NCBI GenBank assembly: GCA_963790475.1
Contig: CAWBOS010000010.1
Coordinates: 1,888,001 to 1,952,000, forward strand
DNA: 64,000 bases
DNA from: an uncultured delta proteobacterium
GTDB lineage: Bacteria > Desulfobacterota > RBG-13-43-22
Reading direction: 5' to 3'
Translations under genes and position numbers: made by a program
Notes under the pieces: generated by a model
What the model saw: the letters and a program-made list of their open reading frames with translations, nothing else
What the model was told of the DNA's origin: nothing
Databases searched by the model: none
Part shown: piece by piece, positions 41,540 to 51,623 of the stretch
How the letters are laid out: every line of letters begins with the position of its first letter
Numbering within the stretch: the stretch's first letter is position 1

Positions 41540-42379
41540 ATGACTTTAAAACCTTTTCTTAAAATTACCAAAATGAGCGGATCGGGCAACGATTTTGTCC
41601 TGGTGGATAACCGCGCCCAAGAGATTCCTGCTGACCGGATGGTGTCTTTGGCCCGGGCCCTGTGCCGGAGGATGGTATCGGTCGGGGCCGATGGAATGAT
41701 TTTTATTGAACCTTCGGAGGGCTATGATTTCAAGTGGCACTTTTTTAATGCCGACGGCAGCGCAGCCGAAATGTGCGGCAACGGAGGCCGCTGTGCGGCC
41801 CGCTTTGCCTTTCTCCGGGGCATAGCCGGAACGGAGATGACCTTTGAAACTTTGGCCGGTCCCATCCAGGCCCGGGTAAACGGATCATTGGTCAAGCTGG
41901 AGTTGACTCCCCCAAAGGACTTGAGATTAAACCAGGAAATCAAACTGGAGGGGAAGATCCTTAATTTTGATTTCTTAAATACCGGAGTCCCTCATGCCTT
42001 GATCTGGGTGGAGGATCTTGATAAAACGGATTTGGTCGGGCTGGGTCCTCTTATTCGTTATCATGATTATTTCAAACCGGCCGGGACCAACATTAATTTC
42101 GTTCAGATAAAAGACACGGGAAACCTGTGGGTGCGCACCTATGAGCGAGGGGTGGAAGCGGAAACCCTGGCCTGCGGCACCGGGTCCGTGGCTGCCGCCG
42201 CGGTCGCCTTTTTCAAAAACAAAGTCCTGTCCCCGGTTCAGGTCCGAACCAGCGGGGGAGAGATCTTGACCGTTTATGTGGAGGGCCAACCGGGGCGGGG
42301 AATCAACAAAGTCTATCTGGAAGGAAAAGTCCGCCTGATTTTTGAAGCAGAGGTATTTGAAGAAGCGTTAGTATATTAA
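41540..42379 (+). CDS. dapF: Diaminopimelate epimerase
   Basis: KMSGSGNDF, EMCGNG, TGVPH, RTYERGVEAETLACGTG. Confidence 0.96.
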   Translation: MTLKPFLKITKMSGSGNDFVLVDNRAQEIPADRMVSLARALCRRMVSVGADGMIFIEPSEGYDFKWHFFNADGSAAEMCGNGGRCAARFAFLRGIAGTEMTFETLAGPIQARVNGSLVKLELTPPKDLRLNQEIKLEGKILNFDFLNTGVPHALIWVEDLDKTDLVGLGPLIRYHDYFKPAGTNINFVQIKDTGNLWVRTYERGVEAETLACGTGSVAAAAVAFFKNKVLSPVQVRTSGGEILTVYVEGQPGRGINKVYLEGKVRLIFEAEVFEEALVY

Positions 42380-42384
42380 AGCAT

Positions 42385-42455
42385 GTTCAAAGTTCAAAGT
42401 TCAAAATTGACGGAAAAATTTCATCCTTTCAGCTTTGAGCTATGAGCTTTCAGCT
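42385..42455. repeat. Inverted 7-mer tandem array
   Basis: gttcaaagttcaaagttcaaa ... ctttcagctttgagctatgagctttcagct. Confidence 0.75.
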
Positions 42456-42475
42456 ATTCTAAGGAGGAGTATCCC

Positions 42476-43285
42476 ATGATTAAAACCATCATTGCCGGGG
42501 CCGGCGGAAGAATGGGCGGAAGAATCGTCCAGCTGATCAATGAAACTCAGAATATGGCCGTAGTTGGGGCTTTTGAAAAGCCGGGACACCCTTCGGTCGG
42601 CAAAGATCTTGGGGAATGGCTGGGATTAGGGAACAAAGGATTGCCCATTGTCTCAGATCTTAAGGAGGTGATCGACCAGGGCGAGGTCATTATTGATTTC
42701 ACTTTTCATTCCGCTTCCCTGGAACATTTGCGCACAGCCGCCGCCCGAAAAAAACCGATGGTCATCGGCAGTACCGGATTCACTTCCGGAGAAATGGAAG
42801 AAATAAAAACGCTATGTCAATCGGTCCCTTGCCTCCTGGCCCCCAATATGAGCGTCGGAGTGAATGTCCTGTTCAAAGTGGTTGGCGATGTAGCCAAGGC
42901 CCTGGGAGAAGGATTTGATATCGAGATCCTTGAGGTTCATCATAATTTGAAGAAGGATGCCCCCAGCGGCACGGCCATGAAACTGGCCCAGGTCCTGGCT
43001 CAGGCCCGTTCTCAAGATTTGGACAAGGTGGCGGTCTATGAACGGAAAGGGATCATTGGGGAACGAAAACCTGAGGAAATCGGCATCCAGACTTTTCGAG
43101 CCGGGGATATCATCGGCGAGCACACGGTTTTATTCGGAGGTCTTGGGGAACGGATCGAGATCATCCACCGGGCCCACAGCCGGGACACCTTTGTCCGTGG
43201 CGCCCTCCGGGCAGCAAGATGGATCATCAGTCAAAAGAACGGCCTTTATGATATGCATGATGTGCTGGGTTTTACAGATAATTAA
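42476..43285 (+). CDS. dapB: 4-hydroxy-tetrahydrodipicolinate reductase
   Basis: GAGGRMG, IDFT, APNMSVGVN, EVHHNLKKDAPSGTA, GEHTV. Confidence 0.96.
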   Translation: MIKTIIAGAGGRMGGRIVQLINETQNMAVVGAFEKPGHPSVGKDLGEWLGLGNKGLPIVSDLKEVIDQGEVIIDFTFHSASLEHLRTAAARKKPMVIGSTGFTSGEMEEIKTLCQSVPCLLAPNMSVGVNVLFKVVGDVAKALGEGFDIEILEVHHNLKKDAPSGTAMKLAQVLAQARSQDLDKVAVYERKGIIGERKPEEIGIQTFRAGDIIGEHTVLFGGLGERIEIIHRAHSRDTFVRGALRAARWIISQKNGLYDMHDVLGFTDN

Positions 43286-43319
43286 TTTCCATTCGGAAAT
43301 ACCGAATGTAAAACCATTG

Positions 43320-43460
43320 GTTTCCAATTCGGAAACGAGGAATTTTTTGTCCTGGCAAGGAAATCAAGGGATTGCGCGGAGGCGTACAAGGGTACGCCGC
43401 ACAAACAATCCTGCAGATTGACACAGCCAGGGCGAAAAAGGACCGTTTCTGGATGGAAAC
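43320..43460. mobile_element. 141-bp MITE-like element
   Basis: Imperfect TIRs GTTTCCAATTCGGAAACG / CGTTTCTGGATGGAAAC, central hairpin GGCGTAC-N4-GTACGCC, TG on both flanks. Confidence 0.65.
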
Positions 43461-43463
43461 TGA

Positions 43464-43868
43464 TCAAACCCAGAAAATATCCGCCAGGTGGGCCACCTTC
43501 CTGAATTCCGGATCACCGGTTACTATTACAGCTTTATTTTGCAAAGCCGAGGCCAGGATGAAACAGTCGGCACAAGAAATGCTGTACTGGGCTTTAAATT
43601 CAGCGGCTTCAAATATCAAAGGATTGGGAACGGGCAGAATAGTGAAATCCAACCTTTCAATACTGGCCAGGACCTCTATCTTCTTTTGATCACCAAATTC
43701 CCTTTTTATGGAATAAATAATCTCCCCCAGGTTAATGGCGTTAAGATATTTGACGGACTCGTCCTTGCGGATATTTTCCAGAAGCCGAACGATTTTTTCA
43801 AATCCCTTCTCCTGCTGAAAAAGTTTGAGCAAGGCGAAGCTGTCGAAGATAAAGGGGCCCTTGGCCAT
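43464..43868 (-). CDS. vapC: VapC family PIN-domain toxin
   Basis: FIFDSFALL, INLGEI, ISCADCF, IVTGDPEF. Confidence 0.88.
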   Translation of the reverse strand: MAKGPFIFDSFALLKLFQQEKGFEKIVRLLENIRKDESVKYLNAINLGEIIYSIKREFGDQKKIEVLASIERLDFTILPVPNPLIFEAAEFKAQYSISCADCFILASALQNKAVIVTGDPEFRKVAHLADIFWV

Positions 43869-44095
43869 TACCTGAAATCCTTTTGCCGCTCTTTAAGCAG
43901 TTTTTCAGAAAGAGAAGGCTTGGAGGGCAGTAGACCGCAAGCCTCTTTAATAGGATCGGCCACCGGGGGAACAAGATAGATCAACCCCCCTTGTTCCATA
44001 ATGTGCATCCGAGTTCCCGGCTTGATCCGATATTTCTTCCTGATGTTCGCCGGTATGACAATCTGTCCCTTGGCTAATGTTTTAACCATGGTCAT
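43868..44095 (-). CDS. AbrB/MazE/SpoVT family antitoxin
   Basis: KGQIVIPANIRKKYRIKPG; coupled to vapC. Confidence 0.88.
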   Translation of the reverse strand: MTMVKTLAKGQIVIPANIRKKYRIKPGTRMHIMEQGGLIYLVPPVADPIKEACGLLPSKPSLSEKLLKERQKDFR

Positions 44096-44439
44096 AATTT
44101 TTAATCCTTAGCAAAAAAGTTTAACCATTATTAATATTGTATAACCTCTCCTTATTCTGTCAAGCTTTTTTTATTTAAATACCCTGCCCTGTGGAGCATC
44201 TTTTTATTTCAAGAATCCTTTAATTCTCCCACGTTTTGTCCTTCGCTTTTGAACTGGCGCATCTTTAAAGTTTACTTTGGCTTGAATAACATCAATACCT
44301 GTGTTATATTTAAATTATTTGTAAAAAATTCCCAAGGCCGTCACCCTGGCAAAAGCCCGAATGACGGACCGGAGCTATTTCGAACTTTTTACTAACGTGT
44401 ATTATTGAAATCTAAAAAAGCAAAGGAGTCATATTCTAT

Positions 44440-45609
44440 ATGGATTGGATTCAACCGGCAGATCGCCTCAAACAGCTCCCGCCCTATCTCTTTATGGAAA
44501 TCGACCGTCTGAAGGTCGAAGTTCAGTCCAAAGGGGTGGATATCATCGACCTGGGGGTGGGCGATCCGGATCTACCTACCCCGGCCCATATCCTCCGTCG
44601 GCTGAATCAGGCCGCACTGGACCCCATGAATCATCGCTATCCGTCCTATTCCGGCATGAATGATTTCCGCAAGGTTGTGGCCTCCTGGTATCAGCGTCGT
44701 TTTGGAGTTACCCTGGACCCGGAAAAAGAAGTAGTCACCCTGATTGGTTCCAAAGAAGGGATCGCCCATTTCCCGCTGGCTTTTTTGAATCCCGGCGATC
44801 TGTCTCTGGTTACCAGCCCCGGATATCCGGTGTATCATATCGGAACCCTTTTTGCCGGCGGGCGGTCCTATTTTTTACCTTTGTTAAAGGAAAATAGATT
44901 CCTGCCGGATCTGTCACAAATACCCAGGGAGGCGGCCGGGCAGGCCAAAATCCTGTTCCTCAATTATCCCAACAACCCTACAGCGGCCGTAGCCGACCGC
45001 GGATTTTTTGAACAGGTGGTTGGCTTTGCCCGGGAAAACCAGGTGATCGTTGCCCATGACGCCGCTTATTCCGAGATTGCTTATGACGGGTACCGGCCTT
45101 TGAGTTTTATGGAAATCCCCGGCGCCAAGGAAGTGGGAATTGAATTCCATTCCTTATCCAAGACCTATAATATGACCGGTTGGCGCATCGGTTTTGCCGT
45201 AGGCAATGACCGACTGATTGCCGGCTTGAGCCAGATCAAGAGCAATATCGATTCGGGTGCCGCTCAGGCCATCCAATGGGCCGGCATAGAAGCCCTGGAA
45301 GGGCCGCAGGATTGTCTAATCGAATTGAATGCCATCTATCAAAAAAGAAGGGACCTGATGGTGGCCGGATTGAAAAAAGTCGGTCTGGGGGTCGAAGCGC
45401 CCAAGGCCACTTTCTATCTTTGGATTGAAGTACCGAAGGGGTACACCTCCACCAGGACCACGGCCCATCTCCTGGAGCAGGCCGGGATTGTGACCACGCC
45501 GGGCAACGGCTTCGGAGATCCCGGCGAGGGTTATTTTCGTATTTCTCTGACCGTCCCGGAAGAGCGTCTGGAAGAGGCCGTGCTGCGGTTGAACAAGGTG
45601 GGATTCTAA
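44440..45609 (+). CDS. dapL: LL-diaminopimelate aminotransferase
   Basis: [49 protein letters not shown]; dap cluster context. Confidence 0.85.
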   Translation: MDWIQPADRLKQLPPYLFMEIDRLKVEVQSKGVDIIDLGVGDPDLPTPAHILRRLNQAALDPMNHRYPSYSGMNDFRKVVASWYQRRFGVTLDPEKEVVTLIGSKEGIAHFPLAFLNPGDLSLVTSPGYPVYHIGTLFAGGRSYFLPLLKENRFLPDLSQIPREAAGQAKILFLNYPNNPTAAVADRGFFEQVVGFARENQVIVAHDAAYSEIAYDGYRPLSFMEIPGAKEVGIEFHSLSKTYNMTGWRIGFAVGNDRLIAGLSQIKSNIDSGAAQAIQWAGIEALEGPQDCLIELNAIYQKRRDLMVAGLKKVGLGVEAPKATFYLWIEVPKGYTSTRTTAHLLEQAGIVTTPGNGFGDPGEGYFRISLTVPEERLEEAVLRLNKVGF

Positions 45610-46105
45610 TGTCCGGGCATCAGGCCTTCATTGGACTGGGTTCCAACCGGGGAGATAAAAAAAAAATTGCTTGAAGGGCCTGGCCGGCCTCCAAGCCATC
45701 CCGGGACAGGCAATCCTCAGGCAATCTTCCTGGTACCTGACCGAGCCGGTGGGGTCGGAAGATCCGGAATGGTTTATCAATGGAGTCGTCCTCCTGGAAA
45801 CCCCCCTGTCACCGGAAACCCTGATGCGGCGGATGCTGGACATTGAAACCGCCCTGGGCCGGGTACGAACCGTCAAATGGGGACCGAGGATCATTGACCT
45901 GGATCTGTTGTCCTACGATCAGGTCATCATGGACAGTCCCGGGTTAACCCTTCCCCATCCTTTTTTGGAAAAGAGAAGGTTTGTTTTGGAACCCCTGGCG
46001 GAGATTGCGCCGGACTATGTCCATCCGGTTTTAAAAAAAACCATGGCCCAACTAAGGGATGAATTGACCGCCCAAGGTCAAGCCTTGATTCGGCAGAGGG
46101 ATTAA
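45609..46105 (+). pseudogene. folK: 2-amino-4-hydroxy-6-hydroxymethyldihydropteridine diphosphokinase, frameshifted in an A10 tract
   Basis: [19 protein letters not shown] (ATG overlaps the dapL stop), A10 at 45657-45666, then another frame: SSWYLTEPVG, FINGV, KWGPRIIDLDLL, LPHP, RRFVLEPL. Confidence 0.85.
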
Positions 46106-46157
46106 GGTAAAGAGAAAGGTTTTTTCAGGAAACTGGGCTTTAAGAAAGTGATATACA

Positions 46158-46424
46158 ATGTTATTTAGATGGATTATAATATTAGTTATTGGTTATTTGG
46201 TTTACAGGTACCTGAAGCGGTCCCTCTCGTCACCGAAGCTGCCGAAAAGAAATGCGCCTGAGGAAATTCAGGATGAGATGGTTCAGGACCCGGTTTGCCA
46301 GGTTTATCTGCCCAAAAGACAGGCCGTAGTCCTGAAGAGTAGCAACGGGATGACTTATTATTTTTGCAGTACCCAGTGCCGGGATAGATTTATGAAAGAA
46401 GCCAAGGCTCGCAGTTCTACATAA
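46158..46424 (+). CDS. Small membrane-anchored YHS/TRASH-domain protein
   Basis: N-terminal TM helix; MVQDPVCQVYLP...YYFCSTQC. Confidence 0.8.
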   Translation: MLFRWIIILVIGYLVYRYLKRSLSSPKLPKRNAPEEIQDEMVQDPVCQVYLPKRQAVVLKSSNGMTYYFCSTQCRDRFMKEAKARSST

Positions 46425-46451
46425 CCAGAGCTTGAATGGAAAGGACCTTAG

Positions 46452-47102
46452 ATGAAATTCTTTATTGATACAGCCAACCTGAAAGAGATCGAATCCGCGG
46501 TGGCCCTGGGTCTGGTGGACGGGGTAACCACTAATCCGTCCCTACTTTCCCGGGAGAAAGAAAAACCCCGGGAGCTGATCAAAAAGATCTGTCTGATAGT
46601 CGATGGTCCGGTCAGTGCCGAAGTCATTTCCGAAAACGCTCCCGAGATGATCAAAGAGGCCCAATCCCTGGCCCGGATCCATAAAAATATTGCCGTAAAA
46701 ATTCCCATGACCCCGGAAGGGTTAAAGGCGGTCAAGAAACTTTCCGCCCTGGGGATTCCAACTAATGTGACCTTGATTTTTTCTCCGGTTCAGGCCCTGT
46801 TGGCGGCCAAGGCCGGGGCCGCTTATGTCAGCCCTTTTGTGGGCCGGCTCGACGATATTTCTCAGGACGGCATAGAAATCGTCGGCCAGATTGTGACCAT
46901 CTTTAATAATTACGGTTATGAAACGGAAATCATAGTCGCCTCGGTCCGCCATCCGGTCCATGTGCTGACTGCCGCCCTGATGGGGGCTGATATCGCTACC
47001 ATTCCCTACAAAGTTATGTTACAGTTGGCCCAACATCCCCTGACGGATATTGGTATTCAAAAATTTTTGGATGATTGGAAAAAAATTCCAGGGAAAAAAT
47101 AA
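46452..47102 (+). CDS. fsa: Transaldolase / fructose-6-phosphate aldolase family protein
   Basis: [41 protein letters not shown]. Confidence 0.9.
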   Translation: MKFFIDTANLKEIESAVALGLVDGVTTNPSLLSREKEKPRELIKKICLIVDGPVSAEVISENAPEMIKEAQSLARIHKNIAVKIPMTPEGLKAVKKLSALGIPTNVTLIFSPVQALLAAKAGAAYVSPFVGRLDDISQDGIEIVGQIVTIFNNYGYETEIIVASVRHPVHVLTAALMGADIATIPYKVMLQLAQHPLTDIGIQKFLDDWKKIPGKK

Positions 47103-47105
47103 TCC

Positions 47106-47768
47106 GTGTACCGGCTCTTTTTAACAAAAAACTTTTTTCTGATTCTTTTCCTGTCGGCTGCCCTGGAGATCCCGGGGATCCCCACCCTGTCACAGGCGGA
47201 CATCTTCCGCTTTCAAGACGAAAAGGGGGTGGTCCATTTTACCAATGTTCCCGCCAACTCCAACTATCAGCTTTTTTACAAGGAATATGAAAAGACTCGA
47301 CCTTCGTCCCCATCGAAAGGATATCCCAAGACCTTTTCTTCAAAAAATTCTAATTTAAACAACCTTTCTCTTCTGGCCCCGCATATTGACGAGGCCTCTC
47401 AACAATACGGAATAGATCCCATACTTATTCAGGCCGTCATTCATGTGGAATCGAATTTTGATCCCCAGGCCCTATCCCCCAAGGGCGCGCAAGGGCTGAT
47501 GCAGCTCATGCCCCAGACCGCCAGAGATCTTCAAGTATCGGACGCCTTCAGCCCCAAAGAAAATATCGTAGGAGGAACCCGCTATCTGAGGTATCTGTTG
47601 GATATGTATAATCAGGACATGTCCCTGGCCCTGGCCGCCTATAATGCCGGTCCGGAAAAAGTCAACCTCTATCGGGGGATCCCGCCTTATCAGGAAACCA
47701 GGACCTATGTCCAGAGGGTAACGCAGGTTTATAACCAACTTAAAAGCCGACTCCTTTCAACCCGGTAA
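47106..47768 (+). CDS. Lytic transglycosylase (DUF4124 + SLT domain)
   Basis: DEKGVVHFTNVP; VESNF, GAQGLMQLMP, ALAAYNAG, PPYQET. Confidence 0.9.
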   Translation: MYRLFLTKNFFLILFLSAALEIPGIPTLSQADIFRFQDEKGVVHFTNVPANSNYQLFYKEYEKTRPSSPSKGYPKTFSSKNSNLNNLSLLAPHIDEASQQYGIDPILIQAVIHVESNFDPQALSPKGAQGLMQLMPQTARDLQVSDAFSPKENIVGGTRYLRYLLDMYNQDMSLALAAYNAGPEKVNLYRGIPPYQETRTYVQRVTQVYNQLKSRLLSTR

Positions 47769-47778
47769 AATAAATCCG

Positions 47779-48357
47779 TTGATGCCTCCCGTCAAAACAT
47801 CGATTTTGAATATTCCCAATTATCTGACTTTTTTACGAATCATCACCATTCCCTTTATCCTGTTCGCCTTGCAATCGGGAAGACCTAATTCCTGCCTGTG
47901 GGCCGCATTGATTTTTTCCATAGCATTTTTTACGGATTGGTTGGACGGCTTCATCGCCCGAAAAAAAAATTTAGTCACCAAGTTCGGTAAAATTTTAGAT
48001 CCCCTGGCTGACAAGCTGTTGATCGGTTCCTCTCTAATCATGCTCATCGGATTGGACAGGGTTGCGGCCTGGATAGGGGTTTTATTGATCGGAAGGGAAA
48101 TTGCCGTAACCTGGCTGCGGTCCATGCTGGCCGTAAAAGGGCATATTCTGGCTTCTTCCTGGTGGGGGAAATATAAAACTTTTTTCCAGGCTATCGCTTT
48201 GGTTCCCCTGATGATTCATTATTCCTATTGGTCCATCGATTTTCACTTCTGGGGAACCATCATCCTTTGGATTGCTTTGGTATTGACTTTGTGGTCCGGC
48301 GTCTTGTATTTTGTGAAATACTATCCCATATTGACGGAAAAAGGTTCTAACGCCTGA
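47779..48357 (+). CDS. pgsA: CDP-diacylglycerol--glycerol-3-phosphate 3-phosphatidyltransferase
   Basis: NIPNYLTFLRI, TDWLDGFIAR, GKILDPLADK, GRE. Confidence 0.92.
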   Translation: MMPPVKTSILNIPNYLTFLRIITIPFILFALQSGRPNSCLWAALIFSIAFFTDWLDGFIARKKNLVTKFGKILDPLADKLLIGSSLIMLIGLDRVAAWIGVLLIGREIAVTWLRSMLAVKGHILASSWWGKYKTFFQAIALVPLMIHYSYWSIDFHFWGTIILWIALVLTLWSGVLYFVKYYPILTEKGSNA

Positions 48358-48553
48358 GAACAAATCCTGTTATTTTTCCTTTTATTTTTCCTTGACTTTG
48401 CAGTCAAGACCGTTTTATCATCACTTTTCAGTTGTACAGAGTTTGTGGTTCGTGGAAAATGGCAGTAACCAGGAGGGTTTTTTGTGGGTCTGGTTCTTTC
48501 CGGCCGGAAGCTGTTACAACTTAAATGAGATGGTGGAGGGGAGGTGAGTTGTA

Positions 48554-48757
48554 ATGGCCAAAGGCCAGGTCAAATGGTTCAGCGACCGAAAAGGATACGG
48601 TTTTATTTCCCAGGATGATGGCAGTGATGTGTTTGTTCATTTTTCAGCCATTAAAGGCGATGGATTTCGTACCTTGCAGGAGGGAGAGAGAGTCGAATTT
48701 GAGGTAACCCAGGGCCCCAAGGGACTCCAGGCTGCCAATGTTATCAAGGCCGAGTGA
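48554..48757 (+). CDS. Cold-shock protein
   Basis: [31 protein letters not shown]. Confidence 0.95.
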   Translation: MAKGQVKWFSDRKGYGFISQDDGSDVFVHFSAIKGDGFRTLQEGERVEFEVTQGPKGLQAANVIKAE

Positions 48758-48771
48758 TGTCATTTTTGTTT

Positions 48772-48810
48772 AAAGGCTGTGGCGAGGTTTACCCGATGTC
48801 CACAGCCTTT
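48772..48810. terminator. Putative terminator hairpin between csp and the convergent hydrolase
   Basis: AAAGGCTGTGG ... CCACAGCCTTT. Confidence 0.6.
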
Positions 48811-48886
48811 CTTATTTCCTGATAATTCCGATAGAGAATCTTCCAGGTTCATTTCTCAATGCCTGGGTCCCTTCGAAAAAAGACCA

Positions 48887-49699
48887 TTAATCCTTCCCCC
48901 TGGCTTTCAGACTATTGGCGAATCGGGCGATAGTCTCATAATAGGCCCGGCCGCAGCGAAAAATAATATCATTATGCCCGGCCCCGGGGATTACAACCAT
49001 TTCCTTTCGTCTGGCCCCCGAATCTCTCAAAAGGACGTCGGCCTGGTTCAAGGGGATCACTTCATCAAACTGGGCATGAAGGATTAAGGTGGGTTTGGCG
49101 ACTTGTGCTATTTTGGGAGCGTTTTGAAACCCGTCCTTTTCCCCAAGTCCTAAGCCGTCAACCGGTATCCCCATCAGTTCCAACAGCGGGAGGGAGTAGG
49201 CAAAACCGCTTTCGATGATCAACCCGGCTATCTTCTCCAGGCGTTTTGAGGCAATTTCAATGGCCGGGGCACTCCCCAGAGACCGCCCCATGATCAGAAA
49301 AGGCCCCCCGCGCCCTCTCCGCCGGATCTGATCATAAGCGAGATCAAAACAGGTCAGGGCATCGCTGAGCAAGGTGCCGACGGTCGGGCTCCCCTGACTT
49401 TTTCCATACCCGCGGTAATCCAGAGCCAGAAGGCTTAAACCCAGTTGCTGATAAAGAGGGCCGGCATCATCGTAGTCGGCGGCGATTTCTCCATTGCCGT
49501 GAAAGAACAGGAGATGGGGACCGTTCGGGTCAGACAAATAGAACCGGGCCCCGATGGCGACTCCCGTATCTACCGGGAAAAGACGGTCTTCCGCCCCTGC
49601 CGGAGCCGGGGTGCCGGTATCTGATCGGGGATAAAAGATCAGGGAATTGACTTCCGGCCGGTCCAGGGCCGAAAAAGGGAGACTCAATGATTCAGTCAT
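48887..49699 (-). CDS. Alpha/beta hydrolase
   Basis: FFHGNGE, DYRGYGKS, GRSLG nucleophile elbow, D..I, GAGHND. Confidence 0.9.
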   Translation of the reverse strand: MTESLSLPFSALDRPEVNSLIFYPRSDTGTPAPAGAEDRLFPVDTGVAIGARFYLSDPNGPHLLFFHGNGEIAADYDDAGPLYQQLGLSLLALDYRGYGKSQGSPTVGTLLSDALTCFDLAYDQIRRRGRGGPFLIMGRSLGSAPAIEIASKRLEKIAGLIIESGFAYSLPLLELMGIPVDGLGLGEKDGFQNAPKIAQVAKPTLILHAQFDEVIPLNQADVLLRDSGARRKEMVVIPGAGHNDIIFRCGRAYYETIARFANSLKARGKD

Positions 49700-49838
49700 G
49701 TCTTCTCCTAATTTTGATATTTCACTCTGCAGTTTGCTGCAGAGCGTTGAAGAATGTCAAGAATCTTTTAAAAAAAACTTGACAGGGGATAGAGAGCATG
49801 ATTAGGTTTGCCATTTTCAGGAGCGAGGAGATTAGATA

Positions 49839-50600
49839 ATGCGCATTAATGGTCGAAAGGCCGACGAATTACGTCCGGTCCGCATCATCCGGAAATACAT
49901 TAAACATGCCGAAGGATCGGTGCTGATTCAATTGGGTGAAACCAAGGTGATTTGTACGGCCACCCTGGAGGAAAGGGTCCCGCCATTTTTGAGAAACAAA
50001 GGCCAGGGGTGGATCACAGCCGAATATTCCATGCTTCCCCGGGCCACCAAGACCCGGACCACCCGAGAATCCACCCAGGGACGGGTGGGAGGCCGCACCC
50101 ATGAAATTCAACGTCTGATCGGACGCTCTCTGCGGGCCGTCCTGGACTTGAGTCTGATTGGAGAGCGGACCTTCTGGATCGATTGCGACGTGATACAGGC
50201 CGATGGGGGGACCCGAACGGCCTCAATTACCGGGGCCTATGTGGCCCTGGTAGATGCCGTCGAGTATCTTCGAAAAGAAATCTCCATTCCCCGGGACCCC
50301 ATTATCGATTCCGTGGCCGCCATCAGTGTCGGGGTAGTTAACAATCAGATCTCCCTGGATCTGAATTACGAGGAGGATTCCACGGCCGAGGTGGACTGCA
50401 ATTTTGTCATGACCGGCCGAGGCCGGTTTATCGAAATCCAGGGGACGGCTGAAGGGCAACCCTTTTCCAAGGAAAATTTTGAAAAGATGATGACCCTGGC
50501 CGCCCAGGGAATTGATAAGCTGACCACGATTCAACATCAAGTGCTCAACCCCGATGCTGCAAAACCCGAGGGTGCTGCAGATCCGAGGCGGAAAGGGTGA
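49839..50600 (+). CDS. rph: Ribonuclease PH
   Basis: [50 protein letters not shown]. Confidence 0.97.
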   Translation: MRINGRKADELRPVRIIRKYIKHAEGSVLIQLGETKVICTATLEERVPPFLRNKGQGWITAEYSMLPRATKTRTTRESTQGRVGGRTHEIQRLIGRSLRAVLDLSLIGERTFWIDCDVIQADGGTRTASITGAYVALVDAVEYLRKEISIPRDPIIDSVAAISVGVVNNQISLDLNYEEDSTAEVDCNFVMTGRGRFIEIQGTAEGQPFSKENFEKMMTLAAQGIDKLTTIQHQVLNPDAAKPEGAADPRRKG

Positions 50601-50643
50601 AGTCATTTATTGATCAATTTTTATGCAACTTCAGGGTTAACCC

Positions 50644-51249
50644 ATGATCTTGGTCCTGGCTACCCATAATAAGGGGAAGATAAAGGAAATCGGGATCTCC
50701 CTGAATATCCCTTCTCTTGCTTTCCAATCCTTGAATGACTTCCCTGATCTGCCGGAGGTTATTGAAGATGGGTCCTCCTATCTGGAAAACGCCTTAAGAA
50801 AAGCCAGGACCGTTTCTAATAGCCTGAATCTGCCTGTTCTGGCCGATGACTCGGGGTTGCAGGTCGATGCCTTGCAGGGAGCCCCGGGGATCTATTCGGC
50901 ACGCTTTTCCGGTCCTCAAGCCTCGGATCGGGAGAACAACGAAAAACTCCTGACCCTGCTCCAGGGAATTCCGGAAGAAAAGCGGACGGCCCGTTTTGTC
51001 TGTGTCCTGGTTTTCTACGAACCCACCGGACAATGGGTCCAAACCGAAGGGATCTGCGAGGGCCGGATCGCCGCCGCCCCAAGAGGCGACCAGGGCTTTG
51101 GATATGATCCCGTTTTTTATCTCCCGGAGTTTCAAAAAAACATGGCCCAACTTCCCTTGGAAACCAAAAATCATATCAGTCACCGGGCCAGGGCCCTGGA
51201 AAAAATGCGCCCCCATCTTATATCCTTTATTACCGGCCAAGAAATGTAA
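50644..51249 (+). CDS. rdgB: XTP/dITP diphosphatase
   Basis: ATHNKGK, ADDSGL, PGIYSARF, GFGYDPVF, SHRARAL. Confidence 0.95.
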   Translation: MILVLATHNKGKIKEIGISLNIPSLAFQSLNDFPDLPEVIEDGSSYLENALRKARTVSNSLNLPVLADDSGLQVDALQGAPGIYSARFSGPQASDRENNEKLLTLLQGIPEEKRTARFVCVLVFYEPTGQWVQTEGICEGRIAAAPRGDQGFGYDPVFYLPEFQKNMAQLPLETKNHISHRARALEKMRPHLISFITGQEM

Positions 51250-51337
51250 AAAGAAATTCGACAAGAGGTATCCGGCATCTAATACCCTCCATCTATCTGT
51301 TGCCTTTACCAATGGATTATGGTAATAAAAACCATGT

Positions 51338-51417
<80 letters not shown>

Positions 51418-51481
51418 ATGACCTTGAGGATTCAATCGATCGAGACGAAACACAAATTCTTTTTTTTGCCTGACCACTTAA

Positions 51482-51623
51482 GAGACCTTTGAAAGATGTT
51501 CAATTTTGTCCAAGGTCAAGGAAGACGAAAATTTTAACCACAGGAATACATCTAGTATTTCGAGGATTAGAATTTGAGTCTGACGCAGAGATTGGGCAAA
51601 AAGGGGCGTTTTTCAAAGGTCTC
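51482..51623. mobile_element. 142-bp MITE-like element with IS5(IS1106)-like ends
   Basis: Perfect TIR GAGACCTTTGAAA / TTTCAAAGGTCTC; central GAATAC..GTATTTC hairpin. Confidence 0.75.
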
